Of a DNA stretch of 64,000 bases, positions 19,370 through 28,880 are shown piece by piece. The notes below the pieces were generated by a model, which was not told the origin of the DNA, ran no database searches, and saw nothing but the letters and a program-made list of their open reading frames with translations. The position numbers and the translations under genes were made by a program. Origin of the DNA: Sphingobacteriaceae bacterium (lineage in GTDB: Bacteria > Bacteroidota > Bacteroidia > Sphingobacteriales > Sphingobacteriaceae); the NCBI GenBank assembly GCA_041743935.1, contig JBGTLU010000061.1, positions 23,247 through 87,246 on the forward strand, read 5' to 3'. Numbering within the stretch: the first letter of the stretch is position 1; each line of letters starts with the position of its first letter.

Positions 19370-19391
19370 TATCAATAAATTATTATTGATA
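19370..19391. promoter_or_regulatory. palindromic operator candidate TATCAATAA-N4-TTATTGATA upstream of the DUF2975/HTH pair
   Basis: Perfect 9-bp arms (19370-19378 / 19383-19391). The right arm overlaps a near-consensus -7 box GATATTTG (19388-19395). The site lies 31 nt upstream of the DUF2975 ATG. Confidence 0.4.
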
Positions 19392-19422
19392 TTTGTGGAG
19401 TTAAAAATAAATCAAACTCAAA

Positions 19423-19962
19423 ATGACAACAAAAACAACTTTTATTATGACCACTCTCCATGTTATTGCATGGATTCTGTTTGTGGGTCTCTGTATCGAA
19501 ACTGGCATATTACTATTTTCCTTTGTAGTAAATATTGTGGTAAACAATAAGGAAGCAGAAAATTTGTACAAGGGTTTAAATCTAGCTACATTGTACCAAT
19601 ATAGCATTTGGCAATACGTTGCTGTTTCGTCTTTGCTTATTTTCCTATCTGGCTTAAAGGCTTTTATCTTTTATTTGGTTATCCAGATTTTTACGAAAAT
19701 CAATCTGATTAATCCTTTTAGTTTAGAAGTATCCACCTTAATTTCTAAAATTAGTTACGTTGCACTTCAAATTGGCATCCTATCTATAATAGTGAGTGGC
19801 TATATAAAATGGTTAGCCAAAAGAGGTATAGAACTAAGTAATGTGAGCGATTATCTTGGCGGTGCTTCTGAATATTTATTACTTGGAGGAGTCATCTTTA
19901 TGATAGCTCAGATATTTAAAAGAGGAATAGAAATACAAACCGAAAACGAATTAACCATATAA
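19423..19962 (+). CDS. DUF2975-family integral membrane protein
   Basis: 179 aa with 4-5 TM segments. An XRE/YozG-type HTH gene follows 3 nt downstream, which is the usual DUF2975 partner arrangement. Confidence 0.6.
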   Translation: MTTKTTFIMTTLHVIAWILFVGLCIETGILLFSFVVNIVVNNKEAENLYKGLNLATLYQYSIWQYVAVSSLLIFLSGLKAFIFYLVIQIFTKINLINPFSLEVSTLISKISYVALQIGILSIIVSGYIKWLAKRGIELSNVSDYLGGASEYLLLGGVIFMIAQIFKRGIEIQTENELTI

Positions 19963-19965
19963 GCC

Positions 19966-20169
19966 ATGCCTATAATCGTAAATTTAGATGTGATGATGGC
20001 AAAGCGCAAAATGTCATTAAACGAACTTTCTGAACGGGTGGATTTAACGCTTTCTAATTTATCTATACTAAAAACAGGAAAAGCAAAGGCCGTTAGGTTT
20101 AATACACTCGAGGCTATATGCAAAGCGTTGGATTGCCAACCCGGAGACATTTTGGAGTACAAAGAATAA
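19966..20169 (+). CDS. YozG-like (XRE/Cro family) helix-turn-helix transcriptional regulator
   Basis: 67 aa: MPIIVNLDVMMAKRKMSLNELSERVDLTLSNLSILKTGKAKAVRFNTLEAICKALDCQPGDILEY. This is the characteristic full-length pattern of the small COG3655-type regulators. Confidence 0.85.
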   Translation: MPIIVNLDVMMAKRKMSLNELSERVDLTLSNLSILKTGKAKAVRFNTLEAICKALDCQPGDILEYKE

Positions 20170-20180
20170 GAAAAACTTTT

Positions 20181-20212
20181 TCAGCAAGAGCCTAATATTC
20201 GGCTCTTGCTGA
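20181..20212. terminator. hairpin between convergent HTH gene and serS (bidirectional terminator candidate)
   Basis: Perfect 12-bp stem TCAGCAAGAGCC (20181-20192) / GGCTCTTGCTGA (20201-20212) with an 8-nt loop. The flanking T tracts are weak. Confidence 0.55.
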
Positions 20213-20218
20213 AATAAC

Positions 20219-21490
20219 TTATTTAATCCACTCAAAGCCGGTATACGGCACCAATACTTTTGGTATTCTTATTCCTTCTTCTGTTTGATTATTCTCTAAA
20301 ATAGAAGCAACAATTCTTGGCAGAGCCAAAGCGCTTCCGTTTAAGGTATGTGCTAATTGAGGCTTGCCTTCTTTTCCTTTAAATCTCAACTTTAAGCGAT
20401 TGCTTTGAAATGTTTCGAAGTTAGAAACCGAGCTAACTTCCAACCACTTGGCTTGTGCTGCACAAAATACTTCCATATCATACGTCAGAGCAGAGCCAAA
20501 ACTCATATCGCCACCGCATAAACACAGTACTCTATAAGGTAATTCTAAGTCTTGTAATAACTGTTGTACGTGCAAACTCATCTCCTCCAATACTTCATAT
20601 GACTTTTCGGGATGAGCAATTTGTACAATCTCTACTTTATCAAACTGATGTAAACGGTTTAAGCCTCTAACGTGTGCCCCATAAGAGCCTGCTTCTCTGC
20701 GAAAACAAGGAGTATAACCGGCATTCTTAATGGGTAAATCCTCTTCTTTAACAATCACATCTCGGTATAAATTTGTAATAGGAACTTCGGCAGTTGGGAT
20801 AAGGTACAAACCATCCAACCCAATGTGATACATCTGACCCTCTTTATCTGGCAATTGTCCGGTACCAAAGCCCGAAGCTTCGTTTACCAATATTGGTGGT
20901 TGCATTTCGCGGTAACCGGCAGCATCTGCTTGGTCTAAAAAATAATTGATAAGTGCGCGCTGTAAACGAGCACCTTTCCCTTTATACACCGGAAAGCCTG
21001 CTCCAGTAATTTTATTACCTAATTCAAAATCGATGATATCGTATTTAGCAGCCAACTCCCAATGCGGTACGGCTTTTTCGTATAAATCGGGTTTTGTACC
21101 CCAACTAATTACCGTTTCATTATCCTCGGCAGATTTACCAAGCGGAACCATTACGTGCGGAAGATTGGGTACTAAAACCAATGCATTTTGTAATTGCTGT
21201 TCAATTTCGGATAGCTCTTCATTAAGCAATTTTATATCCTCACGTAACAGCATACTGCGTTGTTTCATGCTTTCTGCATCTTCTTTTTTTCCATCGCGCA
21301 TTAACTCGCCGATGGTTTTTGCCATGCTGTTAGATTGTGACGATACATTATCCAGTTGCAATTGGGTAGATTTTCTTCTGTTATCTAAATTTAAAATAAC
21401 ATCCACTAAATCTAATTGCTTGAAATTTTTTACCGCCAATCGTTGCAATACGTACTCTTTATTTTCGCGGATATAATTAACTTGCAGCAT
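20219..21490 (-). CDS. serS: serine--tRNA ligase
   Basis: Class II motifs are present (FRREAGS, GLNRLHQFDKVE, GSALALPR). I place the start at MLQVNYIRENKEYV (21490), a typical SerS N-terminus; the track ORF extends 21 codons further to 21553. Confidence 0.93.
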   Translation of the reverse strand: MLQVNYIRENKEYVLQRLAVKNFKQLDLVDVILNLDNRRKSTQLQLDNVSSQSNSMAKTIGELMRDGKKEDAESMKQRSMLLREDIKLLNEELSEIEQQLQNALVLVPNLPHVMVPLGKSAEDNETVISWGTKPDLYEKAVPHWELAAKYDIIDFELGNKITGAGFPVYKGKGARLQRALINYFLDQADAAGYREMQPPILVNEASGFGTGQLPDKEGQMYHIGLDGLYLIPTAEVPITNLYRDVIVKEEDLPIKNAGYTPCFRREAGSYGAHVRGLNRLHQFDKVEIVQIAHPEKSYEVLEEMSLHVQQLLQDLELPYRVLCLCGGDMSFGSALTYDMEVFCAAQAKWLEVSSVSNFETFQSNRLKLRFKGKEGKPQLAHTLNGSALALPRIVASILENNQTEEGIRIPKVLVPYTGFEWIK

Positions 21491-21574
21491 TATTTTATAC
21501 TTTTTGTGCAAAGATAATAATCCAAACCGCAACCCCACTGCATGCAAAAACAATCTGAACCAAGTAGCGGAAAA

Positions 21575-22237
21575 ATGTATTTGGTACCAACACCCATTGG
21601 TAATTTAGAGGATATTACGCTTAGAGCAATTAGGGTTTTAAAAGAAGTGGATTTAGTATTAGCAGAAGATACCAGAACCGGGGGTATATTACTAAAACAT
21701 TTGGGTATTGATAAACGGATTTTAGCCCATCATCAACACAACGAACATCAAGCCATAAAAGAAATCATTCGTTTTTTAAAAGAAGGTAAAAATATTGCAT
21801 TAATAAGCGATGCAGGCACTCCTGCCATATCAGATCCTGGCTTTTTGCTCGTAAGAGAATGTATAAAAGAAGAAATTAGGATAGAAACTTTGCCTGGTGC
21901 TACTGCTTTTGTTCCGGCATTGGTTAATTCGGGTTTGCCAACAGATCGTTTTTGTTTCGAAGGATTTTTACCGGTGAAAAAAGGCCGAAAAACTAGATTA
22001 AAAGAATTGGCAAATGAAGAACGTACCATGATTTTTTACGAATCTCCACACCGATTATTAAAAACATTAACCGAGTTTAAGCTCCATTTCGGAGAGGAAA
22101 GACAAGCATCCGTTTCGAGAGAATTAACCAAGATTTTTGAAGAAACTGTTCGCGGCTCGTTTGATGAAATTATAGCTCATTTTGAGAACAATGTATTAAA
22201 AGGAGAAATTGTGATTTGTGTAGCCGGAAAGCCGTAA
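21575..22237 (+). CDS. rsmI: 16S rRNA (cytidine1402-2'-O)-methyltransferase
   Basis: MYLVPTPIGNLEDITLRAIRVLKEVDLVLAEDTR is the canonical RsmI N-terminus. Also present are ISDAGTPAISDPG and IFYESPHRL. An alternative upstream ATG lies at 21542. Confidence 0.9.
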   Translation: MYLVPTPIGNLEDITLRAIRVLKEVDLVLAEDTRTGGILLKHLGIDKRILAHHQHNEHQAIKEIIRFLKEGKNIALISDAGTPAISDPGFLLVRECIKEEIRIETLPGATAFVPALVNSGLPTDRFCFEGFLPVKKGRKTRLKELANEERTMIFYESPHRLLKTLTEFKLHFGEERQASVSRELTKIFEETVRGSFDEIIAHFENNVLKGEIVICVAGKP

Positions 22238-23868
22238 AACCTATAAGCCAACCAAAAAAAATTAAACCAACCGTGAAACCAAACCTGCAACGAATTTCAT
22301 TATGTCTCTTAAGCGGTATATTACTTTGGCTTTCTTGGCCTACTATTTCGTTTACTTTTTTAATCTTTTTTGCTTTAGTTCCTCTGTTTATTGCAGAAGA
22401 TAGGTTCAAAGGAAAAGGATTTTTTAAATATGCCTTTTTAGGTTTTTTACTTTGGAATTCTCTCACCATTTATTGGATCTGGAATGCATCCGAATTCGGA
22501 GCAATTTTCGCTATTTTATTGGGTACCTCTTTAATGTCTTTGCCTTGGATGTTTTATCGATTTACAAAGCGAATATTTGGAGAAAAAATCGGTTTAATTT
22601 CATTCGTAGTGTATTGGCTAGGATACGAATACTTGCACCAAGAGTGGCAATTCTCTTTCCCTTGGTTAACGCTCGGAAATGTTTTTGCCAATTATCATAC
22701 TTGGATTCAATGGTATGAATTTACGGGAGTTTTTGGTGGTTCACTCTGGGTATTATTGTCTAATATTTTCATCTATCAACTTATAAAATATCGTTCGGAA
22801 AGTATAAAAACCAATAAAACACTTTGGACTAAACGTGCTTTAGTTGCTGCAACTATTTTTTTGCCTATCCTCTTATCAAAAATTATGTATACTAATTATG
22901 TAGAGGAAAGTAACCCGGTAAATATTGTGGTAGTGCAACCAAACATAGATCCATACACCGAAAAATTTAATGCTCTGCCACCCGAAATTCAATTAGAAAA
23001 TCTCATTCGTTTATCCGATTCATTAGGTCAAAGCAATACCGAGTTTTTTATTTGGCCAGAAACAGCCATCATCCGAGATATTAATGAAGATCAAATACAC
23101 TTAGATAACAACGTAGTAGTAATCCAAAATTTTGTAGAGAAATATAAAAACGGCAACGTACTTACAGGCGCAACTACCTATAGGCAATATACTGATAAAG
23201 CTACCGAAACGGCTCGCACGTATTCTAATGGCACTTGTTGCTACGATGTGTTTAATACTGCATTGCAAATAGAAAATTCTGCTGAAGTTCAAATTTATCA
23301 TAAATCTAAGTTGGTTGCTGGGGTAGAACAAATACCGTACGTGAGTATTTTTGGTTTTTTAAGCTATTTTTCCATTGATTTGGGTGGAGGAGCTTTAGGT
23401 AGTTTAGGTACTCAAAAAGAACGAGGGGTTTTTTATACTCAAAGTGGAATTGGTGCCGCTCCTGTAATTTGTTACGAGTCGGTATTTGGTGAGTTTGTTG
23501 GCGATTATATTCTTAACGGGGCACAATTTATAGCTATCATCACTAACGATGGTTGGTGGAAAAACACGCCAGGTTATCGTCATCATAATATGTATGCAAA
23601 ACTTAGAGCTATTGAAACCAGAAGAAGTATAGCACGTTCGGCAAATACCGGAATATCTTCATTCATAAATCAGAGAGGAGATATTTTACAAGAAACAGAG
23701 TGGTGGGTGCCTACCGCCTTAAAAGGCGATATCAATCTGAATGATAAAATAACTTTTTACACACGATTTGGAGATTACATTCCGAAAATTGCTTCTGTAT
23801 TGGCAATACTATTTATAGCTTTCAGTTTTTACAGAAATAAAACATATCGTAAGTCTTTGTTAACATAA
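22216..23868 (+). CDS. lnt: apolipoprotein N-acyltransferase
   Basis: 550 aa with an N-terminal multi-TM part and a CN-hydrolase domain. The E-K-C triad contexts are FIWPETA, YHKSKLVAGVE and VICYESVF. The start is uncertain: ATG at 22216 overlaps rsmI by 22 nt, and an in-frame GTG lies at 22273. Confidence 0.85.
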   Translation: MCSRKAVKPISQPKKIKPTVKPNLQRISLCLLSGILLWLSWPTISFTFLIFFALVPLFIAEDRFKGKGFFKYAFLGFLLWNSLTIYWIWNASEFGAIFAILLGTSLMSLPWMFYRFTKRIFGEKIGLISFVVYWLGYEYLHQEWQFSFPWLTLGNVFANYHTWIQWYEFTGVFGGSLWVLLSNIFIYQLIKYRSESIKTNKTLWTKRALVAATIFLPILLSKIMYTNYVEESNPVNIVVVQPNIDPYTEKFNALPPEIQLENLIRLSDSLGQSNTEFFIWPETAIIRDINEDQIHLDNNVVVIQNFVEKYKNGNVLTGATTYRQYTDKATETARTYSNGTCCYDVFNTALQIENSAEVQIYHKSKLVAGVEQIPYVSIFGFLSYFSIDLGGGALGSLGTQKERGVFYTQSGIGAAPVICYESVFGEFVGDYILNGAQFIAIITNDGWWKNTPGYRHHNMYAKLRAIETRRSIARSANTGISSFINQRGDILQETEWWVPTALKGDINLNDKITFYTRFGDYIPKIASVLAILFIAFSFYRNKTYRKSLLT

Positions 23869-23965
23869 ACAAATAATTATGTAATTAAAACCCAATGGTA
23901 TGTTAAAATTAAGCGTATATTTTAGCGTTATTTATACAAAACTGTCAAAAATAAAAACTACAAAG

Positions 23966-25411
23966 ATGAAATTTTCAAGATTTATCACATATACTACATT
24001 AATATTCTGCTTTTTAATTATTTCTGCTTGTGCAGTAAATCCAGTAACTGGTAAAAAACAACTGGTGTTAATGTCGGAGCAACAAGAAATTAGTATGGGC
24101 GTTGCAGCTGACCCACAAATTGTTGGTTTTTTTGGCTTATATGATGATGTTAAATTACAGAATTTCATCACAGAAAAAGGGAAGCAAATGGCAGCCGTTT
24201 CGCATCGTCCAAATCTTGCCTATGAATTTAAAATTGTAGATTCGCCGGCAATTAATGCATTTGCCGTTCCGGGTGGTTATGTTTATTTCACCAGAGGGAT
24301 CATGGCGCATTTTAATAATGAAGCGGAGTTTGCCGGTGTTTTAGGTCATGAAATCGGGCACATTACAGCAAGACATACTGTAATCCAGCAACGAAATGCA
24401 ATGCTCGGGCAAATTGGTTTAATTGCAGGTATAGTTTTAGTTCCGCGTTTAGCTGAATTTGCTGAACCCCTTACTACTGGAATGCAATTAGCATTGATGA
24501 GTTTTGGTAGAGATGCCGAAAGACAATCGGATGAATTAGGTGTAGAATACTCGGCACGTATTGGATATGACCCAACAGAAATGGCTGGTTTTTTTACCAC
24601 GCTTGAAAGGCAATCAGCTAAAGAAGGTAATCCGGCCATTCCGGAGTTTTTATCTACACACCCTTCTCCTGGAGATCGATTTGTAACCGTTGGCAAATTA
24701 GCAGAAGAATGGAAAACCAAATTAAATTTAGCCAACCCTAAAGTTGGTAGAGACAATTATTTACGCATGATTGATGGCATTATTTTGGGAGAAAATCCCC
24801 GCCAAGGTTTTGTAGAAAATAGTATGTTTTATCACCCTGATTTAAAATTCCTTTTTTCTATACCACAGAATTGGAAATTAATAAACACACCACAACAAGT
24901 ACAAATGGCACCTGCAAATGGTGAGGCATTATTTATGTTTACCATTGTACAGGGCAATTCATTAGAAGAAGCTGCTAACTCTATCCTTCAGAATTATAAA
25001 TTAGAAAGAGTAGATGCACAGAAAGAAACTATAAACGGTTTACCTGCATTAGTAATGATTGCAGACCAGAAACAAGAAAAAGGTACCATTCGAGTGTTAA
25101 ACGGATTAATACAGTATGGCGGAAATATTTACAGTTTTATGGGTATTTCTGAGTTGTCTAAATTTAATGGGTATCAAAACACCTTTTTAACTACCATACG
25201 TAATTTCGCAGAATTAAAAGAAGCCAGCAAACTCAACAAAAAACCAGAGCGTGTAAGAATTAAAACACTAACACAAGACATGACATTGCAGGCAGCCTTA
25301 CGCTTTTATAATATGCCAACTGCTCGTTACGATGAATTAGCTATATTAAATGGAATGTTGTTAACAGACCAGTTGAAAAAAGGCTCGTTAATAAAAATGG
25401 TTGGGGAATAA
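23966..25411 (+). CDS. M48 family metallopeptidase lipoprotein (BepA/YfgC-like), possible C-terminal LysM-like segment
   Basis: HEIGHITARH zinc motif. The signal/lipobox FLIISAC follows MKFSRF, the start I chose at 23966 (the track ORF starts at 23900). The LysM-like call for the last ~50 aa is tentative. Confidence 0.8.
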   Translation: MKFSRFITYTTLIFCFLIISACAVNPVTGKKQLVLMSEQQEISMGVAADPQIVGFFGLYDDVKLQNFITEKGKQMAAVSHRPNLAYEFKIVDSPAINAFAVPGGYVYFTRGIMAHFNNEAEFAGVLGHEIGHITARHTVIQQRNAMLGQIGLIAGIVLVPRLAEFAEPLTTGMQLALMSFGRDAERQSDELGVEYSARIGYDPTEMAGFFTTLERQSAKEGNPAIPEFLSTHPSPGDRFVTVGKLAEEWKTKLNLANPKVGRDNYLRMIDGIILGENPRQGFVENSMFYHPDLKFLFSIPQNWKLINTPQQVQMAPANGEALFMFTIVQGNSLEEAANSILQNYKLERVDAQKETINGLPALVMIADQKQEKGTIRVLNGLIQYGGNIYSFMGISELSKFNGYQNTFLTTIRNFAELKEASKLNKKPERVRIKTLTQDMTLQAALRFYNMPTARYDELAILNGMLLTDQLKKGSLIKMVGE

Positions 25412-25495
25412 TCTCTTTAGTTAAAAACTACCCTAAGTTTATTCTCGAATTTTGGCATTCTAATTGACGCTTTTCAAACCGTTTTATCTCTCAAA

Positions 25496-26320
25496 ATGGT
25501 TGGTCTATTTCATGCGTTTTTATTTTTCATCGTATTTGCATCTTATACAAAAGAAGCAAAGGCATTTGGATGTAGACACTATGATAATCTAATCTACAAC
25601 GGAGATACTGTAAAAATCATTTTTTCTCCATTTTTTTCTCATCCCAAAAAACTGGAATTATTCAAAAGTATAGAAGAAAATTATACGACAGATAATAGTT
25701 GCTTCTTATCAGAGTGGGAAATTATAGATAACAGATTGTACCTAATAAAAATTAATGAGTTGCAAGGATTCCATGGCTCACAAAAAATCGGTTCAATTAA
25801 CTTAGACCTTGTTTTTAAAGATAAAGTGAAAGATGGAAGAGTTTTCGCTTATTGGGTTACCGATTCCTTATTAAGCCCAAGTGGCGAGTTATTGCACTAT
25901 TTAGAGCTTTCAAGACAAGGTATCTACTCACAAGAAACTGACTATTTCATAACTAATGGTCTGTTTACACATACCAAAGTATATGATAATTCCGCATCCT
26001 ATTGGTTTCCAATACATAAAATGCAAGATAAATTGTTTGATGCATTAGATAGTAAATTTGATTTGAGTTTACTACCCGATACGGATACACTAATTAGAGT
26101 GTTTGTTCATTTTTCGGGTAATGAATTTGGTAAAGTTGATTCTGTGAGGATATTAAGAGAGGGTACAGAAATAATTAATGCCGAATTAATACGTGTAATT
26201 TCTACTATCGACGGAATTGGCATTAACAAAATAAGAGGCAAAAACCAAAGAATATACATTAGTATTATGCTCCAATTTGAAACTTTGAATGGTATTAAAA
26301 GATTTAAACGCCCAAAATAA
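25496..26320 (+). CDS. hypothetical secreted protein
   Basis: 274-aa ORF with a hydrophobic N-terminus (MVGLFHAFLFFIVFASYT). I recognise no family motif. The C-terminal ~70 aa loosely resemble a TonB_C-like fold (VFVHFSGNEFGKVDSVRILREG...AELIRVIS). Confidence 0.5.
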   Translation: MVGLFHAFLFFIVFASYTKEAKAFGCRHYDNLIYNGDTVKIIFSPFFSHPKKLELFKSIEENYTTDNSCFLSEWEIIDNRLYLIKINELQGFHGSQKIGSINLDLVFKDKVKDGRVFAYWVTDSLLSPSGELLHYLELSRQGIYSQETDYFITNGLFTHTKVYDNSASYWFPIHKMQDKLFDALDSKFDLSLLPDTDTLIRVFVHFSGNEFGKVDSVRILREGTEIINAELIRVISTIDGIGINKIRGKNQRIYISIMLQFETLNGIKRFKRPK

Positions 26321-26425
26321 AATTCAACTTTAATTTTATCGTAATTCTCAAGTCTTTCTATATCAACCACATCCAATTTTTTAGTATCTTACGGTTTTAA
26401 AATTCATTAAATCTTTATTTAGAAT

Positions 26426-28474
26426 ATGAAAACTGTAAATCACCCAAAAAGTAAATTTCTTTTTATCGGGCTATTTTTAGCTGCGTTTTTAATCAATTTA
26501 TCTCCCATTAACACGTTTGCTCAAGGTATTACTCCGGAGCAGGTTGCTAAAATGACCAATGTAACTAGCAGTAATATCTCACCCGATGGTAGGTATGTGG
26601 TGTACACTTTAAGTGTTCCCGCCGATGCTTTTAAAAGCAATGCTGCCAATGCATCACATTTATATGTATTGAATACTGCAACTGGCGAAAGCAGACCTTA
26701 TTTTACCACTGCCAGTGTAAGCCAAGTAACGTTCAGACCTAAAAAAGGAACCGTAACGTTTCTTACAAGAAAACCAAACGATGCCCAAAATGCGGTATAT
26801 GAATTAAACTTAAACGGAGGTGAAGCAAGTAAGCTATATTCTTTTAGCACTAATATTTTAAACTATGTATGGGATGCCGATGGTAACATGCTTGCATTTA
26901 CTGCATTAGAAGAAACTAAAAAACCAAGTACGTCTTTAACTTATTCTCCAAATTTTTATGAAGAAGATTTTGCTATGCGCAGAGCATACACGGTAGATGT
27001 AAGCCAAGGTACAGTAGCAGAAATGCTTAAAGTGAGAGGTTCTGTTTACTTACTAAGTTGGAGCCCCGATAAATCTAAGATTGCTATTTCGGCAGCTCCA
27101 ACCTCTAGCATTGACGATTCATTTATGAAACAACAAATAATGGTAGTGGATGCTCGTACTAAAGAGGTAATTTCTACCATAGATAACCAAGGGAAATTAG
27201 GACAAATTGAATGGAGTACGGATAGCAGAAGACTTGCAATTAGAGCAGGTAAAGACATAAACGACCCCATTGACGGACGCATTTTAGTTGTATCTGCAAC
27301 CGGTGGAAAACCACAAATAATAGATGCCGATTTTAAAGGAAAATACGAAAGTATTACTTGGACTGCCGAAAACACTATCCACTTTTTAGCAAGTATAGGT
27401 ACTGGTTCAACTATTGGAGCCATCCGCCCAGATGGCGGAGGTAAAACTACACTATTTAGCACTTCGGTGCACGGCATTACTTCTTTTTCTAGAGGTACTA
27501 ATGGTGCTATCTCATTTGTAGCTAGCTCACCCACTCATCCTGCCGAAGTATTTACCATATCTACTCTAAGAAATGCTCAACCCGTAAAAAGAACTAACCA
27601 TAATCCATGGTTAGATAATTTAAAATTAGGTAAACAAGAAGTAATAAAATACCCAGCTAGAGACGGAAAATACGAAATTGAAGGCATTTTAATGTATCCA
27701 GTAGATTATCAGCCTGGCACTAGAGTTCCATTAATAACTGTTGTACATGGCGGACCCGAAGCTCATTACAGTAATGGTTGGTTAACCGGATACTCTGTAC
27801 CCGGACAAATGGCAACTGCAAAAGGGTATGCTGTTTTTTATCCTAATTATCGTGGAAGTACGGGCCGTGGAGTTGATTTTGCATATAGTAGTCAACGTGA
27901 TTTGGCTGGTAAAGAGTTTGATGATGTAGTAGATGGCGTTGATTATTTAATTGCCCAAGGTTTGGTTGATGAAAAAAGAGTTGGTGTTACTGGAGGATCT
28001 TATGGTGGATATGCATCAGCTTGGATGGCAACGTATTATTCTAATCGTTTTGCAGCGTCTGTAATGTTTGTTGGTATTAGCAACAATATCTCTAAATGGG
28101 GAACTAGTGATATACCCGAAGAGTTATTTTTGGTTCACTCTCGCAAAAGAGTGTGGGAAGATTGGCAATGGCAATTGGAGCGTAGTCCTATCTACTATGT
28201 AGATCGTGCACAAACTCCAATTTTAATTATGCATGGTGCCGATGACCCAAGAGTTCATCCTGCACAATCCATGGAATTATATCGTCATATAAAAGTTCGC
28301 AAGCCAGATGTTCCCGTACGGTTGATTTATTATCCGGGCGAAGGTCACGGTAACTCCAGATCAGGCTCAAAATACGATTACAACTTACGTATGTTCCAAT
28401 GGTTTGATACGTATTTGATGAGTGGTAACCCTAAAGCAGATAAACCTAGTTTAGATTTACCGGCAACTAAATAA
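26426..28474 (+). CDS. S9 family serine peptidase with N-terminal beta-propeller (second paralogue in the window)
   Basis: 682 aa with a signal peptide. The nucleophile motif is GGSYGGY, with IMHGADDPRV and GEGHG (Asp/His contexts). PD40-like repeats are present (SPDGRYVVY, WSPDKSKIAI). Confidence 0.88.
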   Translation: MKTVNHPKSKFLFIGLFLAAFLINLSPINTFAQGITPEQVAKMTNVTSSNISPDGRYVVYTLSVPADAFKSNAANASHLYVLNTATGESRPYFTTASVSQVTFRPKKGTVTFLTRKPNDAQNAVYELNLNGGEASKLYSFSTNILNYVWDADGNMLAFTALEETKKPSTSLTYSPNFYEEDFAMRRAYTVDVSQGTVAEMLKVRGSVYLLSWSPDKSKIAISAAPTSSIDDSFMKQQIMVVDARTKEVISTIDNQGKLGQIEWSTDSRRLAIRAGKDINDPIDGRILVVSATGGKPQIIDADFKGKYESITWTAENTIHFLASIGTGSTIGAIRPDGGGKTTLFSTSVHGITSFSRGTNGAISFVASSPTHPAEVFTISTLRNAQPVKRTNHNPWLDNLKLGKQEVIKYPARDGKYEIEGILMYPVDYQPGTRVPLITVVHGGPEAHYSNGWLTGYSVPGQMATAKGYAVFYPNYRGSTGRGVDFAYSSQRDLAGKEFDDVVDGVDYLIAQGLVDEKRVGVTGGSYGGYASAWMATYYSNRFAASVMFVGISNNISKWGTSDIPEELFLVHSRKRVWEDWQWQLERSPIYYVDRAQTPILIMHGADDPRVHPAQSMELYRHIKVRKPDVPVRLIYYPGEGHGNSRSGSKYDYNLRMFQWFDTYLMSGNPKADKPSLDLPATK

Positions 28475-28487
28475 TTCTATATAAATC

Positions 28488-28522
28488 AAGAAGCCCCCGA
28501 CGATAAATGTCGTGGGCTTCTT
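28488..28522. terminator. bidirectional terminator hairpin between the S9 peptidase and the nifU-like gene
   Basis: Stem AAGAAGCCC (28488-28496) / GGGCTTCTT (28514-28522), plus an inner CGAC/GTCG pairing. Confidence 0.65.
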
Positions 28523-28541
28523 TGTAAATATTATTGTAAAG

Positions 28542-28832
28542 TTAAGCTAACCTCTCCGGTAATACCGCATTAGGGTCGTTTATGTCGGTAAGGTTTACAG
28601 CTTCTACTGCAGTAATTTCTGGTACAGCACGCTTTACAGCTTCTTCAATTCCGGCCTTTAGTGTCATGATACTCATAGGACATGTACCACAAGAGCCCAA
28701 TAGTTTCAGCTTTAAAACAAACTCATTCGTTACTTCCAAAACTTCCACATTACCACCATCAGCTTCTAAATAAGGCCTGATTTGATTTAATGCTTGTTCT
28801 ATTCTATCTAATAAATTCGAATTGTTTTGCAT
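28542..28832 (-). CDS. NifU C-terminal-domain (Nfu-type) Fe-S cluster assembly protein
   Basis: 96 aa. The segment IRPYLEADGGNVEVLEV...LLGSCGTCPMS carries the CxxC scaffold motif. Confidence 0.85.
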   Translation of the reverse strand: MQNNSNLLDRIEQALNQIRPYLEADGGNVEVLEVTNEFVLKLKLLGSCGTCPMSIMTLKAGIEEAVKRAVPEITAVEAVNLTDINDPNAVLPERLA

Positions 28833-28880
28833 TTTTTTCTTTTGAATTACAAAAATAGGTAAAATTTAATATATCGTTTA

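Noticed and set aside
20946-21476. 176-aa ORF antisense to serS. Similar long antisense ORFs occur at 27046-27534 (in the S9 peptidase), 24346-24756 (in M48), 42632-43057 and 43061-43378 (in dsbD), and 7503-7853 (in the PorZ-like gene).
   Set aside because: All lie entirely inside well-supported genes on the opposite strand. They have odd, low-complexity, Ser/Pro/Cys-rich compositions and no promoter or family signal. This is the usual shadow-ORF pattern.
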